Positions 10,101 to 17,470 of a stretch of 64,000 nt of DNA are shown here, piece after piece. Where the stretch lies: positions 6,592,001 through 6,656,000 of the forward strand of contig OY760175.1 in assembly GCA_963663165.1 (NCBI GenBank), read 5' to 3'. The DNA is from an uncultured Desulfospira sp. (GTDB taxonomy: Bacteria > Desulfobacterota > Desulfobacteria > Desulfobacterales > Desulfobacteraceae). How positions within the stretch are numbered: the stretch's first letter is position 1; each line of letters opens with the position of its first letter. The position numbers and the translations under genes were made by a program. The notes beneath the pieces were generated by a model, which was given only the letters and a program-made list of their open reading frames with translations, was not told the DNA's origin and did not search any database.

Positions 10101-11217
10101 TGCTGAAAAAGCAGCCCCGGAACAGCAGGGGGGCATGAAATTTGTCTTCTTTAAAGATGGTGCTCAAATAAGATTCAAGGGGCTTTTTAATCTTGCCGAA
10201 CCCGGTGGGAAAAGAAAAAATCCGGTCTGCCTCGTTTCCCACGGGAAGGTCCCTAAGCCTGCGAAGGGACCATTTATAAAACCGGTGCCTTAAGGTTTCA
10301 AATTTTTCATGAAAGGATTGCGGGTTAAAGGGGGTGGGGGATACATCGGCATTCCAGCCTAAGATCTGTGTGTTTTCAATGGAGGAGAGGGAGGCGCAGA
10401 ATTCGGTGAACCCGTTGATCAGGTCGGATTTGGATACCATGATGTAAACGGGAAACTCAACCCCGAGAACATTGGTGATCTCAAGGAGCTTGTCCCTTAT
10501 TTTGCCGGCCTTTTCCTCAACCTGCCCGGCACTGTCATACAGGAACGATGTCACGGGGATGGTGATGATGATATTGTTAATGGGGCATTTGGGGCGGTAC
10601 TTCATTAAAAGCTTTAAAAATGCGTGCCATTCTTCTTTGTCCGGGGCTGAATCCACGGGCATGGTAAACCGGCCGGCCGTGTCAATGATCACCGCGTCAT
10701 TGGTAAACCACCAGTCGCAGTTTACCGTCCCCCCGGCACCGGAAAGGGCATCCCGGCCAATGGGGAAATCAAGCCCGGACCGTTTCAGGGTGGTGGTTTT
10801 TCCGGACTGGGGCTCTCCGATTAAAAGGACCCAGGGGATATCGTAAATATTGATTTTGGCGGATTTCAAGGTCTCCATGGCGGTCTGCCATTTGTCCTTA
10901 AGGGAGCCCACCGCTGTTTTAAGCTGCTGCTGGCGCTGCTTTTTCTGTTTAACGGTTTCCCCTAAAGCGGCCTCCATTTTTTTGGACCGGTTCACCTGGA
11001 TGTTTTTCCACAGAAGGTAGATGATGACCAGAAACAGGATAATCAGCAGCAGGCCGCCGATGATCAGATACAGGTATTCTGTCCCCAGAGAAGACATCAG
11101 CCGGATGAAAATAAGGGTCACCATAATACCGCCGATAATTCCGGCAATCAGTTTGGCCGCAGCTGATCCGAGAAAACGGCCGGCCAGCCCCCCTAATGTA
11201 GACAGCATAGAGATCAT
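7117..11217 (-). CDS. tssM: T6SS membrane complex subunit TssM (IcmF)
   Basis: N-terminal TM helices, PWVLLIGEPQSGKTT Walker A, CDWWF..DAVIIDTAGR, FPVYIMVSKSDLINGF, FRGCFFSSG. Confidence 0.9.
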   Translation of the reverse strand: MISMLSTLGGLAGRFLGSAAAKLIAGIIGGIMVTLIFIRLMSSLGTEYLYLIIGGLLLIILFLVIIYLLWKNIQVNRSKKMEAALGETVKQKKQRQQQLKTAVGSLKDKWQTAMETLKSAKINIYDIPWVLLIGEPQSGKTTTLKRSGLDFPIGRDALSGAGGTVNCDWWFTNDAVIIDTAGRFTMPVDSAPDKEEWHAFLKLLMKYRPKCPINNIIITIPVTSFLYDSAGQVEEKAGKIRDKLLEITNVLGVEFPVYIMVSKSDLINGFTEFCASLSSIENTQILGWNADVSPTPFNPQSFHEKFETLRHRFYKWSLRRLRDLPVGNEADRIFSFPTGFGKIKKPLESYLSTIFKEDKFHAPLLFRGCFFSSGLQEGQAIVKALESQDGSGAQEFSDSFSKSRPYFIYNFYKKVFLENGLVTRVGNVSTKERKLKLAAMAIALVFSLASVWYLWTGYSLLTRVLKPTRARVEQAMKTVGTDKGVSQVRQASEVVKLAKVINEDRNRLSSQGISYRFLRSKDNSIIADMENIEDAVVLKGLFRPVMETAANAVAKYPDQYPEKIKLFDNLMAGLGILVDSPRELYSLKTDILTAKETSSWMDVEPGEVLDLVDEFPKGEVLGLTHKDPEKARLFIRQEISGLNQFWKTFPEKNWAMLKTDLIEAMKQYKAMINAPHMEISGEMAFKYNGGLFLSAAQKLLEYSSADSAVFPAKLCDQCLKDYEALSALLENGKNQEEIVFFQSTVSRHAAVCKESRNTILTDLQNYPDLLESLVTADGNMHPEFQSVFEVVGGTLKFAPLLQESHEKMIRQNPERIVGFLEAWDTEWQAKKAALEKDLFEKVAALTAPGWEKERLQTGISTYLGDEIWDADLKAALLAINTVLDGNGLKETMLTRTMDLPHGARIKWLEEKFTIFAGINSWLITKYPSRPDISSGTGQITGVMTQTYKDYLTFWNNTLRNYDPSSTILATKAWGQYRKKVIEKRGLFLDPGSWPFNLFLENVTSSGLENLKKILGEDRDESVKGLEKELTRTAFVYSMASGNLGALGSAQDRFYQCVDGLSDSPSEALSALDDSLMEDFKSFSSFRSRVDSGLGGGEILAGRLEKIQQHGLNMLKKGYASGVSQGKKDLLGQWRNKFKGHYPFARVTDIECFSKRNASIISVHHATVSNADFYDFCFNETSGLDALDKKYGIRQAIEKDPKGNKHQVIKPALVWMDFLYDQKKEPKIHEVKISMVEEDSQISKQYTVLEIRGLHPDGGGRTLKLRFSGNRYKSTKGVWSIDQDVPVQFSVENEETRESAKVLLLENDFSFPAFVVRNGKPTRTANTREWELALDFFVNDTAEKPEGIHLIIEWDESLPGYIPMAVK

Positions 11218-11222
11218 GGGTT

Positions 11223-11996
11223 TTAGTGTCCTTTAGTCAAAAATACGCTTACATTATGGATAAACTTGGAGGCATCGTGCCAGAGCAGCTGGCTTGAAAT
11301 CATGTATACCACCACAGAGACCACCAGTACCGTGGTAATGGCCACAACGCCGAACATGGGCGGCAGCATGGCCCCGGGCTTGACAATGGCCTCTTCGGCA
11401 CCCGGCGAAAGCCTTCGTTCGTCTTCAGGCAGCCGTTCGCTGATTAGGGCATAGAGCCTTTTTTTCATCTCTTTGTCCCGGACGATTTTCCGGTCAAACC
11501 CGATGGCCAGACAGACAAAAAACAGTTCGGCCAGCTCCGGGTCCCGGTAGCCGTCGTTTTCCAGGAGTTCAAAAAAACGTTCCCCGGCAATGCTTTTGCC
11601 GAAAAGATCCATTTCCAGGGGATGGGCCTGCCAGTCGCTGCTGTACTCTGAGGACGAAAAAATAACGACCTCGTCGATGAGTGCGGTCAGCACATATTTG
11701 ATCAGGTCCAGCCGGGTATGAAACTCGGAGAATTTGAGCAGCCGGTTTTCAACTTCGGCCAGAAGGGACTTTGCGTCGTTTCTCAATACATCCGGAGACA
11801 GCTGTTCTCCTTTGGAAAGCTTTTGCTTCAGGTCTACCAGGTAGTCCAGAAGGGGGGCGGCGGACCGGACAATCAGATTCCCTGACGATGCCGGTAATGG
11901 CGGTGTCATCCCCTGTGATGGGCTGCTGTACATAAAAAACTCCTGATTTACTGCCGTTGCCGGCATCAAATTTACGCTATTGTTTGATGTGAACAA
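11223..11996 (-). CDS. tssL: T6SS TssL (DotU family); start uncertain
   Basis: KYVLTALIDE, W.AHPLE, AGERFF, ELFFVCLAIGF, C-terminal TM helix. Confidence 0.88.
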   Translation of the reverse strand: MFTSNNSVNLMPATAVNQEFFMYSSPSQGMTPPLPASSGNLIVRSAAPLLDYLVDLKQKLSKGEQLSPDVLRNDAKSLLAEVENRLLKFSEFHTRLDLIKYVLTALIDEVVIFSSSEYSSDWQAHPLEMDLFGKSIAGERFFELLENDGYRDPELAELFFVCLAIGFDRKIVRDKEMKKRLYALISERLPEDERRLSPGAEEAIVKPGAMLPPMFGVVAITTVLVVSVVVYMISSQLLWHDASKFIHNVSVFLTKGH

Positions 11997-13338
11997 ACAG
12001 CTTCATATCCGGCAGTAAATTGCCGGGTATGCCCCTGATTTCAAACATCAGTTCTTTTCTGAACTGGTCGACAAACTCCAGGTTGTCCGTAAAGCTGAGC
12101 TTAAAGTAATGAAGGCCGCTGCGGTCCTGAAGCCCGATGGGGATTTTTTTAATGTTCTGGCAGGATATCCCCCGGCGCCGTTCGGCCAAAAGGTCATCAA
12201 TAATGGACGGGGGCCCCATTTTGACCCTCAAGTCGCTGATAATGGAGATCAGTTCATTGTCTGTCATATCGGTTTCAATACACAGGTAAGCCGGGAAATC
12301 CTTTTCAAGCCACTCCAGATCAAGGGGACACAGCCGGGTGTTTTTGCGAAGTTCAAAATCCCTTTGGACGAATTCGGGCACCACCCCGCCTTCCAGGAGG
12401 CTCCAGATCAGCTCAAACAGCCGGTCCATGACCTGGGTTAAGTGGGTGTGCCGGTATTCGGGAACATCCAGGGGCATTTCCGTGATCAGGGCCGACAGCT
12501 GGCCGGCCAGCCGGACCAGCTCCAGGTAAAGCTGAAGGGGATGGGTTTCATCCATGGCGGTCAGCTGCCGCAGCACCAGCCCGAAGCTTGCCGTGATCTG
12601 GCACCGGCTCAGGGACATGAGGGCATTGGCCGGATCAGCCAGAAGCATCCGGTGTTTTTCGGTTAATTCCCGCCGGATATAGGTGGCCTGGTTGTTCAAG
12701 TGGACCACCAGGTTGGTCAGTTTTTCCCTGAACCCCGGTGCGGCATTTAAATTGAGCAGGGGGGGGATAAAATCCGGGTTGACGGTGGGCAGGTCGGTCT
12801 GGGGGGAAAGAACAATCTGGGAGATCTGGATGCTTTCAAACTCTTCTTCCGGGGGATCCCCGAAAAACAGCCGGACATTCCACAGCCGGATCTGGATGGC
12901 CTGTTCATTGTCCCCGGTAGAATCATCTTCAACTTCGATTTCCCGGATGACCGCAGGCTTTACGGCCCCGGTATTCTCTTCTCCAAATTTATGGACGCTG
13001 GGCAGGTGGTCTTCTTTTTTCCGGATGGCTGCCCAGACCGGCAGCACCGTGTTTTTATTCTCAAAAAATTCCTGAAAAGACTTTTCCGGTGCCACGGCGT
13101 TGCCCGGGATTTCCACCCAGGTTCCGTCGGCCATCCTGAAAGAGGCCCGGTGGATTTTGAGCCGGAACCCTTCTAAAGCGTTTTTGTCAATGGCAATGGC
13201 GGCCACCCCCCAGTTGTTGGGGACGGTCAGGTTCTGATTGATGATTCTGGTGTTTGCAGACTGTTCTGCCACCTGGAAATGATGGGGCTGGATAAACATC
13301 CCCTCATGCCAGTTTACCGGTGCTGTGCCATAAATCAT
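11977..13338 (-). CDS. tssK: T6SS baseplate subunit TssK
   Basis: VNWHEGMFIQPHHFQ, WGV, DGT, FIPPLL, HPLQLYLELVRLAGQL. Confidence 0.92.
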   Translation of the reverse strand: MIYGTAPVNWHEGMFIQPHHFQVAEQSANTRIINQNLTVPNNWGVAAIAIDKNALEGFRLKIHRASFRMADGTWVEIPGNAVAPEKSFQEFFENKNTVLPVWAAIRKKEDHLPSVHKFGEENTGAVKPAVIREIEVEDDSTGDNEQAIQIRLWNVRLFFGDPPEEEFESIQISQIVLSPQTDLPTVNPDFIPPLLNLNAAPGFREKLTNLVVHLNNQATYIRRELTEKHRMLLADPANALMSLSRCQITASFGLVLRQLTAMDETHPLQLYLELVRLAGQLSALITEMPLDVPEYRHTHLTQVMDRLFELIWSLLEGGVVPEFVQRDFELRKNTRLCPLDLEWLEKDFPAYLCIETDMTDNELISIISDLRVKMGPPSIIDDLLAERRRGISCQNIKKIPIGLQDRSGLHYFKLSFTDNLEFVDQFRKELMFEIRGIPGNLLPDMKLFVHIKQ

Positions 13339-13787
13339 TGTTTAAGCTCCAAATTATTTTCCCTGATCAAAATGTCAAACTGGTTCTGTGACTTGGGGCA
13401 GTCAATTACCAGCTGCTGGGCCTCCCGGTTCATGGCCTCTTCAAAATCCGCGTAGATCAGGACCTTGGTGATGTCATGTTTAATGACAAGTTCTTTGGTC
13501 CGCTCCCCGCCGCCGCGAATGGCCAGGGGGTATAACTCGTCATCCAGAAGTGTGTCCCTAAACTGGCTCCCGAACCAGTCCTCAGGGCCGATGGTAACAA
13601 TCTTCTTTAACACCGCATCCGGGATGACAATGATGTCAACCGGGAGCAGGACACCGGCATTGATGGCCGGGTCTGCCGTGAAATTGAGGGTTAAATTCCT
13701 GGGTTTGCCCGGTCCTTTTGTCGCACAGGACGTGATTAACGCAGCACTCAGCATACAAATGACGGCTTTTAATACCCATTTTTTCAT
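13335..13787 (-). CDS. tssJ: T6SS outer-membrane lipoprotein, TssJ-like
   Basis: Signal peptide with lipobox LITSC; immediately upstream of tssK; IYADF motif. Confidence 0.65.
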   Translation of the reverse strand: MKKWVLKAVICMLSAALITSCATKGPGKPRNLTLNFTADPAINAGVLLPVDIIVIPDAVLKKIVTIGPEDWFGSQFRDTLLDDELYPLAIRGGGERTKELVIKHDITKVLIYADFEEAMNREAQQLVIDCPKSQNQFDILIRENNLELKQ

Positions 13788-13800
13788 TTGATTTTTACTC

Positions 13801-15036
13801 CTAGGAAATGACTTTATTTTTAATGGTTTTCCGGACAATGTTTTCCGCTAACCCTTCCAGTTCAGCCTCTTTTAATACCCGCTTTACGGCAGCGGATACA
13901 GAGGCGCTTGAATTGGAACGCGGCGGGAACAGCCCTTTATGATCCCCATGATCAATGGCCCCGTTAATCCGGTGGCCCAGTTCTTTTTCAAACAGGGTTA
14001 CGGCATCCCTGTGGGCGGCCAGTACGGCCACCAGGTTTTTTTCCAGCCGTTTGACCCGGTTGTTCAGGTCTGCCTGCTGGGTGGTGTTCAATGCCGTCTC
14101 AAAGTCCAGATCCTGATCCGGCCGTGCCGGGGTTCCTTTGGCAAACCCCGCGGAAACCGCATCTTCGATAAATCCGGAGATAATCCGCTCTATGCGGAGA
14201 AAGGAACCGGCCAGTATCTTTTTAAACGGATCCACCTCCTTTGGGGGATCCGGTGCTGCCTTCGGGGGGGCCTGAAACCGGTTTGAAGCACCCTCAACAA
14301 AAGCGACATCCCCATTTAATACCCTTGCGGCCGGACTTTTCTTTTCGTTAAGAACCGCCTCAATAAACCCCTGAATATCCACCGGCTTTGTATTGGCGTC
14401 ACTGGCCATATCCAGGATGGCCCATACCCTGGGGGGGGTGATGCGCTGGTCCTTGTGGAAAAACCGGTACTTGGGATATACATTACACGGCCCTGACCCA
14501 AAAAACATGTTTTTTTTAAAGTCAGGGCTTAACAATCTTTTTATTCCCTCAAAGGCATCCAGCTGTTTGGGACGGTAGAACTCAGGCTGCTGAAAAATAT
14601 GTGAGATGTCTATATAGCTTGTTTTTTGCTGCAGCCTGTCCCAGATTTGTTTTAAAGGGGCCGTAAAATCGTAAACCTCCAACGGGTCATTAAAAAAACC
14701 GTCTTCAAGGAGGACACCGCCTTGTGAAGCCGGGATCTCGCTGATTTCGACCATGGTGCCGCCCACCAGTAAAATCATCCCGGGCTTAAGTTTGATTTTA
14801 TCCACCTTTGAGCCCTCAAACCAGGTGCCGGAAAGGCTCTTTTCATCGGTCAGGTAGCTGTCTTTCCCCTCTCTTGTGACACTGGCATGCCATCTGGATA
14901 TGGTCATATCAAAGGGAAGGGTGAGGTGGTTGCCGACCTGTCTGCCGATCAGGACCGGGGAACGGGTATCCCGGATGCAGGTCCTCAGGCCATCCATGGG
15001 GCCGCCGATCACCTCCAATGCCATGGTCGTATCCAT
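13801..15036 (-). CDS. FHA-domain protein (TagH/Fha-like) with central Clp-N-like segment
   Basis: IGR...D.TISRWHA...D..SLSGT FHA signature; start taken at MDTTM (15036). Confidence 0.75.
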   Translation of the reverse strand: MDTTMALEVIGGPMDGLRTCIRDTRSPVLIGRQVGNHLTLPFDMTISRWHASVTREGKDSYLTDEKSLSGTWFEGSKVDKIKLKPGMILLVGGTMVEISEIPASQGGVLLEDGFFNDPLEVYDFTAPLKQIWDRLQQKTSYIDISHIFQQPEFYRPKQLDAFEGIKRLLSPDFKKNMFFGSGPCNVYPKYRFFHKDQRITPPRVWAILDMASDANTKPVDIQGFIEAVLNEKKSPAARVLNGDVAFVEGASNRFQAPPKAAPDPPKEVDPFKKILAGSFLRIERIISGFIEDAVSAGFAKGTPARPDQDLDFETALNTTQQADLNNRVKRLEKNLVAVLAAHRDAVTLFEKELGHRINGAIDHGDHKGLFPPRSNSSASVSAAVKRVLKEAELEGLAENIVRKTIKNKVIS

Positions 15037-15037
15037 C

Positions 15038-16180
15038 TTACTTCTCCGGCAGCTTTTCCAATAGTCTCTGGGCCCGGCCGTAATAAGAAGAATCCTTTGG
15101 GATATCGGCCAGCACATCCCTGGCCGCCACCGTATCTCCCGATGATATCAGTTCATTGGCCAGATCAAACAAGGCTTTATTGGGATCTTCCTTCGGGGTT
15201 TCGGTCACTTCAGGGGCCTGCTGGTCAGCTGTGTTTTCAGCCGGTTTTGCAGCGGCGGGTGCCGGGGGATCAACGGCCGTGGTTTTTGGGGCCGGGTCCT
15301 TGAAAAAGAGGATAAACGCGATAAACGCCAGAATCAAGACCGATAAAGCGATGATCCCGCCGATAATCAGCTTGTTTTTATTGCCGCCGGTTCCTTTGTC
15401 CGAATACTTCTGGCTTCTGGGGACCGGGTCAAAACCGCCGGGGGCGGTTCTTGGGGCCGGGTCAAAAGCCGGCGGCGGACCGGCGGACAAATTGACATCG
15501 CCATGTGCCGGAGCGGACGGGCGGGGCGTGGGACCAAACCCTTCAGGCGTTGCCTGTGGTGCCGGGTCAAGGGGGGGCGGCGGCGGGACCGAATATTCCT
15601 GTTTCCAGTTATCTGAGAACGTGCCGTCTGCCGGAGGGGAGGGCGGTTCATTTGCTGCCCCCGGGGCATTCATAAAGGTATCCCGGGGAGAGGGATCAAA
15701 GGGCTTGGGCGGTTCCGGTTCTGAGGCAGCCGGGGTCGCGGCGGGGCGGGGCGGCTGTGATGGCACCCCTGCTGTTTCCGGCCGAAGGCCCGGCGTTACA
15801 ATAATGGTTTTGTCTTCATCCATCTCAAACTCTAAACGGCACGACACATCCCCGATGGTAAAGGATGCCGGGGGGGTGACCGTAATCACCGGGCCTGTGT
15901 GGAGCTGGTTATCCATATAAAGCCCGTTGCGTCCGGATATGTCTATGGTGACGTTTCGGCCATTTCTCGTCAGGGTTAAATGCTTCCGGCTGACGGTTTT
16001 ACTTTCTACGAAAAAATCATTTTCAATGCTCCGGCCAACCGCAATGGCTGTCCCTGACGCCAGAAACAGCTTGTTTTCCGGATCATTCTCCATAAAAAAC
16101 AGAAGTTTCTCTTCTCCTGACGGCGGTTGGAGATCCGTGATTATGGTTTTATCATCATCGAAAAAATTACTGGAATTCAT
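15038..16180 (-). CDS. Membrane-anchored FHA-domain protein with Pro-rich linker
   Basis: VGRS..ND.....VSRKH...GRNG FHA signature, Pro-rich linker, TM LIIGGIIALSVLILAFIAFILFF, short helical C-terminus. Confidence 0.78.
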   Translation of the reverse strand: MNSSNFFDDDKTIITDLQPPSGEEKLLFFMENDPENKLFLASGTAIAVGRSIENDFFVESKTVSRKHLTLTRNGRNVTIDISGRNGLYMDNQLHTGPVITVTPPASFTIGDVSCRLEFEMDEDKTIIVTPGLRPETAGVPSQPPRPAATPAASEPEPPKPFDPSPRDTFMNAPGAANEPPSPPADGTFSDNWKQEYSVPPPPPLDPAPQATPEGFGPTPRPSAPAHGDVNLSAGPPPAFDPAPRTAPGGFDPVPRSQKYSDKGTGGNKNKLIIGGIIALSVLILAFIAFILFFKDPAPKTTAVDPPAPAAAKPAENTADQQAPEVTETPKEDPNKALFDLANELISSGDTVAARDVLADIPKDSSYYGRAQRLLEKLPEK

Positions 16181-16560
16181 GATTTATATCTTCATGTTGA
16201 TCAATCGTTAAAAACTGCCCTCAACGACCGGGAGCCCGGGAATCGTGCAAGTTTAAGACTTATCCCCGGCCTGCCGGGGGATGATAACATTTTTTACTTT
16301 CCCCGTGACCGGAAGCAAACCATTCAAGTCCACCACGTAACTTAACGGAGGCCGTCGGTTTTAGGGGCGGCTGGACCAAACGAAGCCAGCCGGCAGATAG
16401 AACATTTTATATTTTTAATACCATATGCCCTGTTAAAGCAAGAAATTTTAATAAAAATCATATTTTTAGGAAAATGTTAGGTAAAAGTGTGGTGATGAAC
16501 GCCGGTGTTCGGCTCTGGGGCGGCGGACGAAAAATCCTCCTTTTTTACGGCTGCTTAAAT

Positions 16561-16601
16561 AAAAAAAGGCTGAAATCCTTGAGAAATCTGGATTTCAGCC
16601 C
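16561..16601 (-). terminator. Intrinsic terminator downstream of the tRNA-Ser pair
   Basis: GGCTGAAATCC/GGATTTCAGCC stem followed by a T7 tract on the minus strand. Confidence 0.7.
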
Positions 16602-16616
16602 TTGTTCTTTTTTAGG

Positions 16617-16708
16617 TGGCGGAGAAGGAGAGATTCGAACTCTCGGTGGAAGTTTCCCCCCACAACCGCTTAGCAGGCGGTCCATTTCAGCCACTCATGC
16701 ACTTCTCC
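16617..16708 (-). tRNA. tRNA-Ser(GCU)
   Basis: GGAGAAG/CTTCTCC acceptor stem, ACCGC-CTGCTAA-GCGGT anticodon arm, long variable arm, TTCGAAT T-loop, G discriminator, encoded CCA. Confidence 0.95.
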
Positions 16709-16721
16709 GCAAATGTTTTTT

Positions 16722-16809
16722 TGGCGGAGGAGGTAGGATTCGAACCCACGAAGCTGTTACACTTAACGGTTTTCAAGACCGCCGCCTTCAGCCGCTCGGC
16801 CACTCCTCC
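16722..16809 (-). tRNA. tRNA-Ser(UGA)
   Basis: GGAGGAG/CTCCTCC acceptor stem, anticodon loop CTTGAAA, long variable arm, TTCGAAT, GCCA end. Confidence 0.95.
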
Positions 16810-16824
16810 AAAATTAACCATGGG

Positions 16825-16853
16825 GTTATATCACTTTGGCTGGAACAGGTCAA
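16825..16853 (-). promoter_or_regulatory. sigma70-type promoter of the tRNA operon
   Basis: Minus strand TTGACC-N17-TATAAC, 15 nt upstream of the first tRNA. Confidence 0.7.
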
Positions 16854-16954
16854 CACAAGAAACAAGAAACTAGATACAAGAAACAAGATATGCAAGATAG
16901 GGAGGGGAACCGGCACTCATTTCTTGTCTCTTGTTTCTTGTCTCTTGTTTCTTG
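16854..16954. repeat. Inverted pair of (ACAAGAA)n/(TCTTGTT)n heptamer arrays between divergent promoters
   Basis: cacaagaaacaagaaactagatacaagaaacaagat...tcttgtctcttgtttcttgtctcttgtttcttg. Confidence 0.8.
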
Positions 16955-16982
16955 TTGACATTGAAACAGCTTGAGCTATATT
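16955..16982 (+). promoter_or_regulatory. sigma70-type promoter of the hypothetical-argS operon
   Basis: TTGACA-N16-TATATT. Confidence 0.6.
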
Positions 16983-17020
16983 AAGAAGTTTTGAGATCTT
17001 ATAAATTTAGGAGAAACCGG

Positions 17021-17470
17021 ATGAGGCAGAAAATACAATTTGAAAGAGATGTGAAAAACGGGATCTTAACGATTCTTGAGTCCAGTGAAGTGGATCCCGG
17101 GGTGGTCATGCCCCTTCATGAAGAAGATTATGACATAAACGAAATAAGCCAGGCATCCGCCCAGGGGCTTGAACCGTTTAAGGTGGCATTAAGGCGGAAA
17201 AGTTTTTTTCCTCCCCATGAACTGTGTATCAGGCTTTTTGAAGAAACCCGGGAATTTTTCGGCGATGAGTCCCGGAAAAAAGTCACCATTGAATACAATG
17301 AAGCCGAAAGTCTTCCGGTCGAGGAGTTCCATTTAGAGGACAATGATGTTGAATTAGACGAGCTTTTAGATGAAGACGGTGACACCAAAGAAGATGAAAT
17401 GAAAGAAATCGATTCTGACGACGACACCCCCCGATTTACCCCGGAAGATACTTCTGAACATGAAAATTAA
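17021..17470 (+). CDS. Hypothetical protein with very acidic C-terminus
   Basis: AGGAGA RBS before ATG 17021; overlaps argS start; D/E-rich tail. Confidence 0.75.
   Translation: MRQKIQFERDVKNGILTILESSEVDPGVVMPLHEEDYDINEISQASAQGLEPFKVALRRKSFFPPHELCIRLFEETREFFGDESRKKVTIEYNEAESLPVEEFHLEDNDVELDELLDEDGDTKEDEMKEIDSDDDTPRFTPEDTSEHEN

Noticed and set aside
16310..16400. c-di-GMP-I riboswitch (GCAAACCATTC) or ops/JUMPstart-like AGGGGCGG
   Set aside because: Only short matches, on the strand opposite to T6SS transcription; the remaining consensus elements are missing
16617..16708. Possible amber-suppressor or Pyl tRNA because the loop contains CTA
   Set aside because: The ACCGC/GCGGT stem closes the 7-nt loop CTGCTAA, centring GCT; long variable arm and G73 fit ordinary tRNA-Ser
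16722..16809. tRNA-Sec to go with the candidate selenoprotein
   Set aside because: Anticodon is UGA (reads UCA Ser), not UCA; acceptor stem is the normal 7 bp
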